DNA from: the human T2T-CHM13v2.0 reference genome, Homo sapiens
Length of the DNA: 64,000 nucleotides
Direction: 5' to 3' (one strand)
Assembly (NCBI RefSeq): GCF_009914755.1
Contig: NC_060935.1
This document shows, piece after piece, positions 15,837-30,654 of this stretch. Each line of letters starts with the position of its first letter. The stretch's first letter is position 1. Under the pieces are notes generated by a model that was not told the origin of the DNA, searched no databases, and saw only the letters and a list, made by a program, of their open reading frames with translations. The position numbers were made by a program, and so were the translations under genes.

Positions 15837-17043
15837 TACTCCTTGGCTTGAAGGCATTGAGACTTCTGTTAGAATCCAAATGTTAAGCTGTGGATAGAGC
15901 ACTGGATGGACAGCATGGAGACCTATACAGTCCCTAGGTATGGGGAGAATTTCTAGCAATGACGAATGTGCTTTTTGGTGGGAGTGGTGGGGTGCTTGGC
16001 AGACAGGAGAGCCTTAGAGTAATGTGGATACCTTCTTGGTATTTCAGAAGGCAAGTCAATTGCTCAGCACACTTTCACTGAAGGCATCTTCCAGGCACAG
16101 ATGCAAGGACTTAGAGGCATAGATAGATAAAACCAGGACTCTGCCCAGGGCTTATAGACCAAAAAACAAACATTGTAAAAAAAACCACAATGATAAGTGA
16201 ACTAACAGAGATATGCCTAGAGCCTTGCAACGGCAAAAGGACATGACCACACATTGCCTAGAGAAGTCATAGGGAACTTAACTGAGGAAGTAGCTTCTGA
16301 GCTGATTATTTGAAGAGAAGTCACAGTTTTCCCAGGAAATTAAGAAGGAAAGAGTGTTCCGTCACAGAGAACTGTGTGTACAATGGCAAAGGGCTGGAAC
16401 AGAGTCTGTCATATACTGGCAACAACAGAGAGTTCTGTGTGCAAGGAGTTCCAAGTGTGTGATGAAGGGGGGTGGAAAAGAGAAGGGAATGAGGGCAATG
16501 TCCAGTGTCAGGAGAGGGATCTAGAGAGAGAAGCAACACCTGCTTTGAAGGAGTCTACAAAGGCTGATAAGACATGCATAAATCATTATAATGCATGGTA
16601 GAATGATCCAGTGTTTTTCAGAGGATCAAAGGATGGAGAGGAGAGCTCAGAGAAGAGAGAGATGACTTTTCACTGGGAGTTAGGGATATATTACTGATAA
16701 GTCAAGCAGGGTTCAAATTGATCCTCTTTTACTATTGAAATTCAAGTAGAAGTTAAAAATCTGTGATATGATTACTTGTGCAATCGTGTTCTCATTGGGT
16801 CACACCTTTAACTTGATAGACCTGATCCTAAGTCCCAACACACCACCCAGTGGGGTGCCCATTCCCATTACATAACATATTGGTGTTTTCTTCACTACTC
16901 TGTTACCCATTGCCTACAACAGTGCCTGACACCTGGTAGGTACTGAATAAATATTTGTGGAATCAGTCTTTTAAATGATATATTTTTATTATGGCAACTA
17001 CACACTCTAGGTTTTTCCCAGTGTCTTAAAAAGTCTGTCTCCC

Positions 17044-17260
17044 TTGGGAGGCTGAGGTGGGTGGATCACGAGGTCAGGAGTTCAAGACCAGCCTGACCAA
17101 CATGATGAAACCCTGTCTCTACTAAAAATACAAAAATTAGCTAGGCATGCTGGCATGTGCCTGTAATCCCAGCTGCTCAGGAGTCTGAGGCAGGAGAATC
17201 ACTTGAACCCAGGAGGCAGAAGTTGCAGTGAGCCAAGAAAAAAAATATATATATATATAT
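17044..17260 (+). mobile_element. Alu fragment truncated at both ends, with A/(TA)n tail
   Basis: ttgggaggctgagg...gcagtgagccaag then A9(TA)n. Confidence 0.9.
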
Positions 17261-17999
17261 CTGTCCCTTAGTCGCCATTAGTACCACTGTATTTGTCATG
17301 CATCTGGATTTCTGACTTAGCTAACACGGTAAGAGAACCCACAGATACAATATAGAAAAGCTTCATTCTCAGAAACTCTCCCTATGCGAGCTGGAGTTTT
17401 TGGGAGGGAGGTGGGAGAGAAGTGTGGTTTAGTAAGAGCACACCATTTCCGGGCTGGAGGCCTCAGCCATTCCCTGCTGCACAGTTAACTGCCCATGCAG
17501 TCTTGGACCAAGGCATCTTGTTGTCTCGTTCTTTGCCCACTGAACACACAGGCTCTGAGAGTCTTGGATGGAGGTGGAAAGCATTCGCATCTTGAAAAGG
17601 ATGTAGTTGGGGCACTTGTGGCCTTGTTTGTTTCTTTCCAGAGCTCTGGCTACTGTATTGGAAAAGGTAAACTTTCAGATCTGCAGGGATGAAAAAGTGT
17701 GTTGCTTCACAACTTAGCATCTACCTGATACTGCCTGGAATGTAACATTTAATGTGTTTAATTATCATGGTCAAATGAATCATCAGTGAAAATCATTATC
17801 AACTAAATATGTTCTGTTTTTTTTTAAACAAAAGATTCCAACTTTGTTTAGTTTTAGGTTCAGATGCCAAGTTTTTTAAGCTGAGGAATAGGCTTGCTTT
17901 ATATTCTGACCTTCTACAGTCTCTACCTCTACCTCTCCTTGAAAATTCTGAATCCCTTCTGTATTTAGGAAGTAATAGAGAAGGCTGTCTTTCCTAATG

Positions 18000-18362
18000 G
18001 TTTCACCGGCCTCTCATCAACCGAAACTGAAAGCCTTTGGAATTCTCTCCACCATTTCACCACTGCACTCTTGAGTCCTCTTGATTCTATCCCCAGATTA
18101 TTCTTACATGTATTCCCTCTTGTCCAGCACATTAATTGAGGTTCTCAGACTGAGTTATTCTAACTGCCTTTTAACTAATCTCTCTGACTCCAAGACCTCA
18201 TTATCAAGCCAGCCTTTGCACTGCTACAAAACTAACCTCCCTAAAACACAGGTTACACTATGGCCCTCTCTTCCTTTCTGGGCATATCCTTATAACGCAG
18301 GGAATAAAATACAAAATTCTAGCATGCTATTCAAGGCCACCTCAAGTCTTGACAATGCTTTG
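18000..18362 (+). mobile_element. L2 fragment (contains the donor of the 122-bp copy at 20153-20274)
   Basis: taactgccttttaactaatctctctg...aataaaatacaaaattctagcatgctattcaaggcc L2-like motifs. Confidence 0.6.
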
Positions 18363-18744
18363 TGAGCCCAACCTCTGGAAAATGAAAAATACATAGAAGA
18401 AAAATAAATTTATAAAATAAGCTGGATATAGTTCATAAAATCTGTGTCCAAAAATCTACTGCAAAAAGTGTTTTGTGTGTGTGCATACAAATATAAATTT
18501 AGATAGATAGAGATATGTATATGACACACAATGTTATAAATGGTTAAGATTTCTAGACAAGCCCATACAAATCTATTTGATGTATAATTTGTAAACAAAC
18601 TACTGTGCATGTGCAACAAAATTACTCTGCAATGCCGATAAATAAAATAGGAAAACCATTAAAATTTAAAATAATTTTTAAGAAATATATCTTGACCACT
18701 GACCCTTGAGATGACAAGATGGACAGATGACTCCATTTGTCTTT

Positions 18745-18980
18745 ATAGCTAACATTTACACTGTGCTTACAATATGCCAGGCCATATTCTAAGAGCTTTA
18801 CAAGCAATAGCTTTACAAGTATTTGATCTCACAACAACCTTATAAAATAGATACTATTTCTCCATTTTGTAAACAAGGAAACTGAGGCATGGGGTAATTA
18901 ACTTGCCCAAAGTCACATGCAAACTGGTAAAGGTGGGATTTGAATTCAGACAGCTTGGTTCCGAAGTTACCACTGCTTAA
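18745..18980 (-). mobile_element. MIR
   Basis: ccattttgtaaacaaggaaactgaggc...aacttgcccaaagtcac core. Confidence 0.85.
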
Positions 18981-19393
18981 ATTAGCACAGCCATTATGGA
19001 AAACAGTATTAAAGTTCCTCAAAAAATTAAGCATAGAACTACCATGTGATCCAACAATGTCACTACTAGGTATATATACAAAGGAAATGAAATCAGTAAA
19101 TTGAAGAGATATCTGCACTCCCATGTTTACTACAGCATTATTGACAATTGCCAAGATATGGAATCAATCTAAGTGTTCAACAATGGATGAATATGGATAA
19201 AGAAAATGTGATATATATATATGTATATATATACCACAATGGAATACTATTCAGCCGTAAGAAATAACGAAATCCTGCCATTTGCAACAACATGGATGAA
19301 TCTGGAAAACATGTTAAGTGAAGTAAGCCAGACATAGAAAGACAAACAGCACACGTTCTCACTCATATGCAGAATTTTTAAAAATTGATCTCT
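18981..19393 (+). mobile_element. L1M (L1MA-like) 3' fragment
   Basis: cagccattatggaaaacagt...gaactaccatgtgatcca...ggaatactattcagcc...catggatgaatctgga. Confidence 0.88.
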
Positions 19394-19710
19394 GGCTAGA
19401 TGCAGTGGCTCAGGCCTGTAACCCTAGCAATTTGGGAAGCCGAGGCGGGTGGATCACCTGAAGTCAGAAGTTTGAGACCAGCCTGACCAACATGGTGAAA
19501 CCCCATCTCTACTAAAAATACAAAATTAGCCAGGCATGGTGGCACATGCCTGTAAACCCAGCTACTGGGGAGGCTGAGGCAGGAGAATTGCTTGAACCCA
19601 GAGATAGACGTTGCAGTGAGCCAAGATTGTGCCACTGCACTCTAGACTGGATGACAAGAGTGAGACTCTGTCTCAAAAAATAAATCAATCAATAAATAAT
19701 TATAAAAATA
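19394..19710 (+). mobile_element. Alu (AluS-like)
   Basis: Full dimer. Confidence 0.93.
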
Positions 19711-20152
19711 AAGATAACCAAAGTTTCCACATTTAATGACAATTCTATCTTGAGAGCCACTGTAGAGTTACCAGGAGGAGCTAGAGCTGGTTAATGGTGG
19801 AGAATGTGCAGGAAGTGTCTAAAACTGTCAGGGCTAGACTGGCTGGGGAACAAAACTGGGTAGTCAGGATTGGGTATTGGGTACATGATGTTTTACTGAG
19901 GTAGTTTTAGTGCCAGTGATATTTCAGTGTTCAGACTTAATTCATTACTGTAAAGAATAAATTATTAAATTTTCAGCTTTTAAAAAATCATCAAATAATC
20001 TGTGTAGATAATCTCCTTAATGTCAGGATGAAATGAGGGTCAGATGAGGAATTCAGGAATGGGGCTGGACACAGAGATGTGGTGAGAGATGGTGAAGCTT
20101 ATGAATGGGGTAAGGTTGTTACCCATGTCATTTGTTCATTTTTTAAAAGTGA

Positions 20153-20274
20153 TAACCAATTTCTCTGAGTCTAAGATCTCCTAATCAAGCCAGCCCTTGC
20201 ACGGCTACAAAACTAACCTCCCTAAAACACAGGTGAGACTATGGCACTCTCTTCCTTTCTGGGCTGCTCCTTAT
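20153..20274 (+). repeat. 122-bp copy of 18172-18293
   Basis: Ungapped alignment at offset 1981, 15 mismatches. Confidence 0.88.
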
Positions 20275-21012
20275 TGGCTTGATTTTTAGGGTCCAGTATA
20301 TCCAAAGTGTCAAAACAAAAATGTATTACTTCAGAGGGACATGCAGGAGGAAGAGGTTAAGCACTGAGTGCTAACCACAGTCTGCCTTGGGCAGAAGCAG
20401 AAAGAAGCCTCAGGCCAAATGATAGAAGGGAAGTCGCTTTCTGTTTTTGTTGCCGGAAAGGGCAAAGAATCAAAACACCACTTTCGCAATGAATGATTTT
20501 ACAAAATTGCAATAACTGTGACAAGACCTGAAAGACAAAACGCATTTTTGAAACATCTTCATGCAGTATCTTTTTGCTTTGAAGTATTTCCCATTTGAAA
20601 ATTGGGATTGTTTGATGATGTACCATCATCTCTGGTATCAAGACAAATACCAAGACAAATCTTGGTAGATCAAGACAAATAAAATATTGTGAGAAAATTG
20701 GGATACAGAACCAGGTTCAAATCCAGGCTTTACCACGTATCAGCTGTGTGTTTTTAGGCAAATCTTAACCTCGCTGAATCTCAGTTCTTTCATTAATTAA
20801 AGGGGAATAATTTTACTACCTGAGCCTTAGGATTGTTAGAGTGCCTCAGACAGTCAGCATTCAGTAAATATTCAAATATTCATCAAATAGCAACAGTGGT
20901 TAGTGGGATTACAGTTGATTATTTATTTTAGGTCTCTGTATTTCTTAGATTGTCTACCATGAGTATATGTTGTTTTTGTAATTAGAAAGAAAAATAAAAC
21001 TTATTCTTTTTA

Positions 21013-21634
<622 letters not shown>

Positions 21635-23539
21635 GACGAGGGGCATAATTTCTCATATTTTTACATTTGCTCTCCCCACCCTTGTCTCTTTTATGTCTCT
21701 TTCTGCTGTTATAAAGAGTGCATGCTGTCTATGCAGCGATATTCAGAAGGCATCATAGAATGACAGTCATTCTCTATTCTCCAGCACAGTGCTTTTGGGG
21801 TCAGCTGACTCTACCCAGGCCTGCAGTACTGAAATGAGGCTCAGATCAGGGTGGTGTCTGTGTCCACGGGAGATCTGTTCTCTCGATTACATATCGATTC
21901 CCATCCTACCATTTCCTCAGTTTGACACTAAGCTGGATGCTCCCAGCCATCCCCAGTCCTCAGACAACTGTATTTTTTCCCTCTAGTTTTATTTATTCGG
22001 CACCAAGGCCTAGTGGCACCGACATGGCTGCAGGAGTCAAGCCTGCAGTTGGTCTTTGAAAAACAGGGAGAGTGTGGGCGAGTGCATTAAAGGAAGCAAA
22101 GCTCTGGCAGCAAACCAGCTTCTAATCTTGACGCCACCCCTGGTTCTCTTCTTTTCTTTATCATTTTAGGCTTGTGGGTCCCAGATCTCCATATTTGCCT
22201 TCTGGAACTGCTTTAGCAATAAGAAAAAAGATGGATGAGGGAATTAGGGCCGAGTTACTCCAGCCCCATGAAGCACTCCAGCACCAGGAAGCATAACCTG
22301 AGGCTCCATCACGTTTGGAGCTGCCTGCCTTGCAGTGGCCCATCCCTCTCATGCAGAGGGCCTATTTTCAGAGTCACAGAGGTAGGGAAAGAGCCAAAGG
22401 GCCAGAGTCTTTCTGAATATGTGGGCTTTGGGAGTACAAGGTGCCCATCATCAGATTCCTCTCAAACCCGTGGCTACTTGCTTGCTCCCATCCCAGTAAA
22501 CATTGTCGCCATCCACCAGCTGCGCAAGTCAGAAATCTAGGAGTTGCTTTGGACCACCTTCCTTTCTTCACATGTCTCATCCAAGTATACACACAATCCT
22601 ACTTACTCTACTTTGTAAAAGTGGCCCTTGAAGCCACCCACTTCCCATTTCCAACTAGTTGAGACAAATATGCTCTTCTGTCTCTATAACTGGTATCCCC
22701 CAAATATGACAATTGTTTAAATGCCTGGTAGTCCCAAATAACAGCAAGAGAGCATAAGGTCACACAGACAGTCAGTGACACATAGATCCAGAGGGGAGTG
22801 CAGGCTTCCTGATTCCTAGTCCAGCACTCCTTCTGGATTTGTTCATTTGTTCAATATGCTGTATTGAGCCCTTAAGAGATGCCAGTCACACTGCTAGATA
22901 CACTTATCTCTGGGGTTTCTCCAGGGTCACCTCTGGGGTGACTTCCCATATTGGATTATGGTTTTCTGCCTGTTATTTTATGTCCCTTTGCTCCGGCATA
23001 TCACAGAGTAGGGCATCCCTCAGGCCCCTGCCGGACCTCTCATCCTAGCAATCCACAAGTTGGCTTCTGTGTGGTTTACTCACAACAGCTTCTAAGCTGT
23101 GGGGCCAACAGAAAATACACACATTGAGGCATTTCTCCAGAGGAAGAAACTATGTGAGTCAAACATTTAAGCCACAAGTAAGTGCAACTATTTCCCTCTA
23201 GACCAAACTTCTGTACATAGGAAAGGGGAACAGAAAGGTTGATCTGGGTTCAGTTTTCATTCCTATCTCACTCCATGACATCTTGGGAAGGAGGAGCTCA
23301 CAGCATAAGTCCTTAGCATATCCAGAATTCCACTGATTCATTTAACACATGTTAATGAAGGTGTGCCATGTGCCAGGCATCAGCATGGGTTCTAGGAACC
23401 CAGTGCTCTGTCACACAGATGGAGATTCTGTCCTAGGGGATTTTGTAGACTCACACAATTGGACGTAACCTACTACTTAGTTTCCTTTTAAATACATTCA
23501 TTTTTGAATGCCATATTCACAAATTTCAAATAAAGGATT

Positions 23540-23960
23540 ATAGAATCATAGAATACAGGAGACACAAAGGAGATACTCATTTAACCCAATGCCTTTCTCC
23601 TCTTAGTCAATGTTTAAATCTCTTTCCCAATATCCCTCTCAAGTGATCATGTGATTCCTCCTTGGACACCCACAATGACAGAGGATTTACTGCCTCCAAG
23701 GTGATCTATTCTATTTCTGAACAGCAGCAAGGGTTAAATGTTCTTCCCTGTGTGAAGCCAAAATCACTTTCCCTAAAACTTGTATTGCGTTCTGCCCTTT
23801 GGGCCTATACAGGACAAGACAGTCTCTTCCATTCTGAGTGGGCCCTGGCTATGTGAGGATGGTTGTTACAGTGCCCAAGTATTCTCCAAACATCTCCCCT
23901 TGATGCTCCCTCTCCCCTTGAACATGGTTTTGAGCTCATTCTCTAGTCAAATGGCCAACA
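23540..23960 (-). mobile_element. L3/CR1 LINE relic
   Basis: atagaatcatagaat 3' microrepeat; cttggacacccacaatgacagagg...actgcctccaagg CR1-like motif. Confidence 0.6.
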
Positions 23961-25328
23961 GAGCCACCCTCCCCTGCCCAACTCTGTGGAAGGAACTTCA
24001 CGTAAACAATATTTTCCTTGATTCTCCCACATTAAGTTCAGAGATCATGCCACTATAGAGCATCCTTCTCTCACCTCTACAATACCCCATCACTTGTGTA
24101 ACTCTGTATGTACCATTGAAACAAGCAGGCAAACTAGAGCTAATAATATTGAGCTTTCAGGGTGGCTTTGATTAAAAGAGATAATGAATGTTGAATCAAA
24201 TACTGAACAAGTATTGATTGAACACTCATCCTACACTGCACACTGTGCTGAGCTCCGTGTGTGACACCATTCTGAGGAAGATAGAAAAGGTCTCTAACCT
24301 TACGGAGATTTTAGCCTAGATCCTGAACATAAGCCCCTCTCCAGGGCTTGTACAGTTTTAACCAAAGGTGGGGGTCTTCAGAAGCAAATCTCCATGACCT
24401 AAGCTGAAAGCTCAAAAATGGTACCATTATTATGGTCATCATGATGAACTTAGATACGACCATATTAATGCCAATACAGCCTTTAGATGTTACAATTTCC
24501 CTGTGAGAATAATACTTTTGGAAACCTAAGAAAGTCCATAGTGGTATTTCTAATGACTAACAACCATGGTATCAACTATGGCCTCATTTTTTCCTACTAG
24601 AAACTCCGTATTTCCCATAAATCAAGGAGTTTTATAATAAATGACCTGGGTTAGCTTCTACTGAGCGACTATTCTAATCTGGATCACTTTTCCTACCTTG
24701 GTCAAACCAAATGTGAGATTTTAGGGCAAAGCAGCAGTTTTATTGAGGGAAGTGCAGTTGCACTTACAGGCATGGTGCCAGGCGCCTTTCCTCCTTCCAC
24801 TGTCTGCTATAGTCATTATCCTGACCACAGTTCTCTTCGGCCACCATCTTATTCGGCATGCTACAGTTGACAGAATTTGCATCCAATATTAAAGAGGCTT
24901 TCAGCTTTTCCAAAAGCTGTGCCTTGGCTTCCTTATCATTTCACATTACAGCTTGCACATTGTTTGGTCAGGGAACTGATGGGAATGGAAGTTATTTACT
25001 GAAAAATAAATCACCTCTTATTTCAGTTGAAACCACTGTTCTTCCTGTTTCTCTGTTACTGTCAGATAATCCACCATCTTGGGTGGAGTGTGCATGAAAC
25101 CACTACCTAACATATGACCAGGGGAGGGAAGTGACCACAGGATATCACTATCTGTGTCAGAAGAGTGGCAAATGTTTAGCAGGAAGCACTTCGCATTTAC
25201 TGGTACAGCAGAGTTGTATATCTGGGAAGATGGTCCATGGCCACCATGTTACTAGGATGAGAGTTAAGGTCTCTTTCATTACACCTCATCCACTGCCCCT
25301 ATATACTGACAACATTTATTAATACTAA

Positions 25329-25629
<301 letters not shown>

Positions 25630-25838
25630 TATTAATCATAATTTTATCCATGTGGCTAATATCTACAATTAGCCTGGCATTGTGCTTGACACTTTATGTA
25701 CTCTATCTCACTCAATCTGCACAACAAATCTTATGTGGTAAGCATGATTATTCTGTTTTCATATGAGAAAACTGGTTCAGAAAGGGCAAGTGGGTTGCTC
25801 AGGGTAACTTTAATAAGATTCAGGCCCAGTGTGGTGAT

Positions 25839-25926
25839 GCACAGAGCCTGACATCTTTTCACTCTCTTACTTTACCACCTGGTACGCACAGAGCCTGACA
25901 TCTTTTCACTCTCTTACTTTACCACC
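25839..25926. repeat. Perfect 41-bp direct duplication with 6-nt spacer
   Basis: gcacagagcctgacatcttttcactctcttactttaccacc at 25839-25879 and 25886-25926. Confidence 0.97.
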
Positions 25927-27257
25927 CTGTACACATGAATCCCAATCCAGAAAAGAGGGGGCCTCTCTCAGAATGTCCTTCCTCCCATACTTGTTCACTC
26001 CCTCCCATTATTTGTGTTTTTATCTCCTACACAGGCTTGCAAGTTCTGATGAGGGGAAGATGCCATTCATCTTTGTAGTCTTCCAGAGAATAGAATACGA
26101 TAGTGTCTCAAAAAATGCCAAGTGAAAGCACACACACAAACCAGAATATAACGCTATAGCTGGAATTTCCGGCTCCTAGTTCAAAATTGCAGAAAGACTT
26201 CCTTCTTAAGTATAATAATGAATCTAATCTTATGTAGCCTATGTGATATTAATAGTAGCCTTGCAGTGACTGAACAGTAAAACCTCTTTTTCACTGTGGC
26301 TCCAAATTGCACATCCTCTTGGTGTCCAAAGCCAAAGAGAATAAAAATCCTCCCACCCATAGTGTGCCAGTCAAAAGTAGCTGAGTCAAGACATGCAGTT
26401 TCTCAAATATGAATAGAAAAACTTTCTGCTCTACATGAATAGGAGAAGCTTCCCCAGAAGCACAAGAAACTAGTGAGAGTCATTGTGCAAAGAGCGTAAG
26501 AGGAGAGATCTCCTCTTTATATACAAAGCTGGCTTTGCTGGGACCAGATGCAGATTGAGAGGCAGTGTTCTCAGTCATTAGTATTTAAGACCCTGACACC
26601 TGAAAATCATCATTCCAATTAGAATGGAAGAAACATGCAAGAAATAGGTGCACAGGGATCAGCAAGCCAAGAAAGAAAGAGGACTGGGATGGCAATAACT
26701 CTCCAAATTTATGGAGGGCTTCCTATGTGCAGGCACTTACTTTATTAGTTTTAGTATTTATAACAATTTGAGGGGTAGATCTATTTTGCAGATGTAGAAA
26801 TGAAGCTGTAGAGCAGTAACCTGCCCAAGTTCTCCCTGTTGGTAAATGTAGAGCTGAGAGAATTGAACTCAAATGTCTGACTCCAAAGCCTAAGTGCTTA
26901 ACCATTAATGCTAATCATTAACCACACTTAACTAACCATTTCATCTTTTCCTTGGCGAGCAGGGACTAGAGGTTACATACTAGAAATCCACTGCATATTC
27001 TTTATTGGCCTTATTTACATTATGAAAAAACTAAATGTACAGTTCTCATTCTGTAAAATGGATGCAGTCATTCAAAATTAATCTTTTTGTTGTCAATTTC
27101 AGTCCTGGGCTAACAACCTCCCCTAGATAATGTACAGAGACATCTGGACTCAGTGTCTCCACATTGACAATTTTATTCAAGAAACTCATATCCAGAGCGG
27201 CCAGCCAGATAAGCAGCAGCCGTTATAGGCTTGAGCCTGATAAAAAATGTTGCTTGA

Positions 27258-27479
27258 GGCCGGGCATGGTAGCTCATGCCTGTAATCCCAGCACTTTGGA
27301 AGGTCAAATCCGAGGCAGGTAGATCACCTAAGGTCAGGAGTTTGAGACCAGCCTGGCCAACATGGTAAAACCCTGTCTCTACTAAAAATTAGCCAGGCCT
27401 GGCAGTGTGCTCCTGTAAACCTAGCTACTTGGGAGGCTGAGGCATAAGAATCGCTTGAACCTAGGAGGCGGAAGTTGCA
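27258..27479 (+). mobile_element. 3'-truncated Alu
   Basis: Ends at ggaagttgca; aaaaatgtt on both flanks. Confidence 0.9.
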
Positions 27480-27657
27480 AAAATGTTTTTTAAAAAGCTA
27501 CTTGTTTCACTTATATTAGTAGAGTGGATTATAGTCTACCATGCACTTCATATCTATTATTTCATTTGATCCTCTGAAGAATGTTATGAGATAGATAAAA
27601 TAAGTAATATTATCCCTATTATATATATGAAGAGGCTCACTTAGAATTACAAAATTA

Positions 27658-27963
<306 letters not shown>

Positions 27964-28826
27964 TTAGAAAGTGGTGGAACTGGGACTGTAGTTCAGGGGG
28001 ACTTTGAGTTCAGGTCCTGATAATCCAAAACCCAAATAAACAAACTTCTAGCCCTTTAGAAATATGGATGGAACCATGCTCAAATCTTGACGTTATCACA
28101 CAAGTCTATCAGCTTCACACATCACTATCACATCTGCCAAATAAGAATGAGGATATCTGCTTTGCAGGATTGTTCAACTAAATGAGATAATGTAGGTAAA
28201 GCCCCTTCAATAAAGTAGTGAACAGAACAGACATGGATCCTGTCCTCCTGAAGTTTATAGTCTGGAATCAGGAGGTGGCGATTAAGAAGAAAACATTCAA
28301 TAATACACACTTAACTATCAAGTTATACTAATAAAAAGTGTCATAAGGGAAAAATACAGAGTGCTATGCAAATGTGCATTGGGGTGACATAACTTAGAGT
28401 GTGGTCCAGAGAGGCTTCCCTAGGCAGTGACAGCTAAGCTGAGACAAGAGGATGCAGTATAATAAGCCAGGTGACATGGGGAAGTGTGAGGCCATGGGTG
28501 TGAGTGTCGGTTACAGCAGAGAGCGTTCCAGGCATAAGAAGCATTTTTGAAGACGTGTGGTGCCCATGAGAAACAAAGAAATTACTTGTGGGGCTGGAGT
28601 GTGAAGAGATCCAAGAAGAATGATGTGACAGGATGTTGGTGAGGTTGGCAGCCTTCATGGCATGTGAGGCCTTGCTGGTCAAGTTTAAAATTTTGAACTT
28701 TATCCTAACAGCAATGGGAAACAACCAAAGGGATTTAGGCAAGGGGTCAACATCAATAGGTTTGAGCTTTACAAACTTCCAATTCCTAACTAGGGAAAGT
28801 TGGGATCTTTTTAAAACTTTTCCTTT

Positions 28827-29137
<311 letters not shown>

Positions 29138-29399
29138 CCCCTTTTCTTTATTTTTTTGAACAAACACTTCCTTAGTACCTCTTATATTGCAAAGACAGCA
29201 ATAGGCTGTTTGTTTCAAATGTAGAATCTGAAGACTTAGAATGGGGCAAGAACCAACATGTCCCTTTAAGGAGCTAGAACATGTCACCTCAAAGGCTCCC
29301 TCCACTTCTGCCACCTAACGCAGTTGCTTCTTACTCTAAGCAAGAAGTAACCTCCAAATCCTAAAAGTACATTAAGAACCAGTGGGACATTTCTGGGAA

Positions 29400-29900
29400 G
29401 CTCATTTATTTATTCTTTTTGTTGAGCAGACAAATATTAAGCATCAACTATGTACCCAGCACTGTACTGGGTGCTGAGGGTACAGGATTGATAAGATGGA
29501 GGTCCTATACTTTAAGAACTCATGGTTTGGGGTTGAGGTAGGCCAGAAAAATAACAATCCCAACAAACTAGAATCTGTTACAAGAGAAAAAGCCAGGAGG
29601 GAGTTGCTCACAGAACCTAGAGTGAGGAAAGCTTTAGAAGAGGTGATTAGCACCTAATATATGCTCCGTAGCTGCATACTGAGTAAATTTAAGTTTGAGC
29701 TGAGTCTTGAAGATGAGGGGAAGGTTAGCAGGCAGAATAAGAGGAGTAGGGAATGAACAAGATCACACATATCAGAAGAGTGTCTTTTGAGATTATTTTA
29801 TCAGCAGTAAACTGGATGGGTTGAAAGGGAGAGATTATAGGCAAGGAGGTCAAGTAAAAACCTGGAGCAGTGATCCTGCTGAAAATTGAAGAGGACTTCA
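29400..29900 (-). mobile_element. L2 3' fragment
   Basis: caaatattaagcatcaactatgtacccagcactgtactgggtgctg motif. Confidence 0.7.
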
Positions 29901-30334
29901 TGTGCACTCAGCAGTAATTGGGACTGTGCTCAGTTTGCCTAACCTTAGCTTGCTCTCAGTGGTATGGTGCACGGCTTGTAATTGTTATTCGCATCTCCCC
30001 ATGAATGCATGCCTGTTCTCCCTCACTAGGGTGGAGACTGTCATTGACTGAAATCCTTATAACACTTAATTCTGTACCCTGCACCCCATGCATCCCCATC
30101 AAAAGCTGGGTTGATGATTGGATTCCTCGAGCTGGCGTGGGAGTGGGAGAGCTGGAACAAGGGAGTAGGGAGAGGAAGGGAACCAGGGCTGGCAATGAGG
30201 GTCAAAAAGCATTTCATGTTATCTTAAATTTTTTTCACAAGTGTAATGATGCCTTTATGTGTTCATGACTTAATTAAATAGTTTTTTTTAAGGTAATAAA
30301 ATCATTAAGAATATGCAGTATTGCTTTTCACTGC

Positions 30335-30654
30335 TTTTCTATTTTTCCTTTTCCTTTTTGTTTGTTTGTTTGTTTGTTTGAGATGGGATTTTGCTCTGTT
30401 GCAGGCTGGAGCACAGTGATGCAAGTATGGCTCACTGCAGCCTTGACCTTTCAGGCTTAAGAGGTCCTCCCACCTCAGGCTCTTGAGTAGCTAGGACCAC
30501 AGGGGTGGGCCACCATGTCCAGCTAATTTTTTTTTTAGAGATTAGGGTCTCACTATGTTGCCCAGACTGGTCTCAAACTCCTAGCCTTAAGCAGTCCTCC
30601 TGCCTGAGCCTCCCAAAGTGTTGAGATTATAGGCATGAACCACTGTGCCATGCC
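30335..30654 (-). mobile_element. Alu (AluJ-like) within an old L1M-like AT-rich relic
   Basis: Antisense diverged Alu. Confidence 0.9.

Noticed and set aside
17642-17666. Plus-strand 25-nt micro-exon (tttctttccag...aag/gtaaac)
   Set aside because: Weak donor, no partner exons; such matches are common by chance.
20357-20653. 98-aa minus-strand ORF in unique sequence (also 59502-59858)
   Set aside because: No recognisable protein similarity or convincing exon structure.
24720-25100. Processed pseudogene on the minus strand (caagatggtgg...AATAAA)
   Set aside because: No poly(A) tract or TSD and no recognisable protein; kept only as a weak exon candidate.
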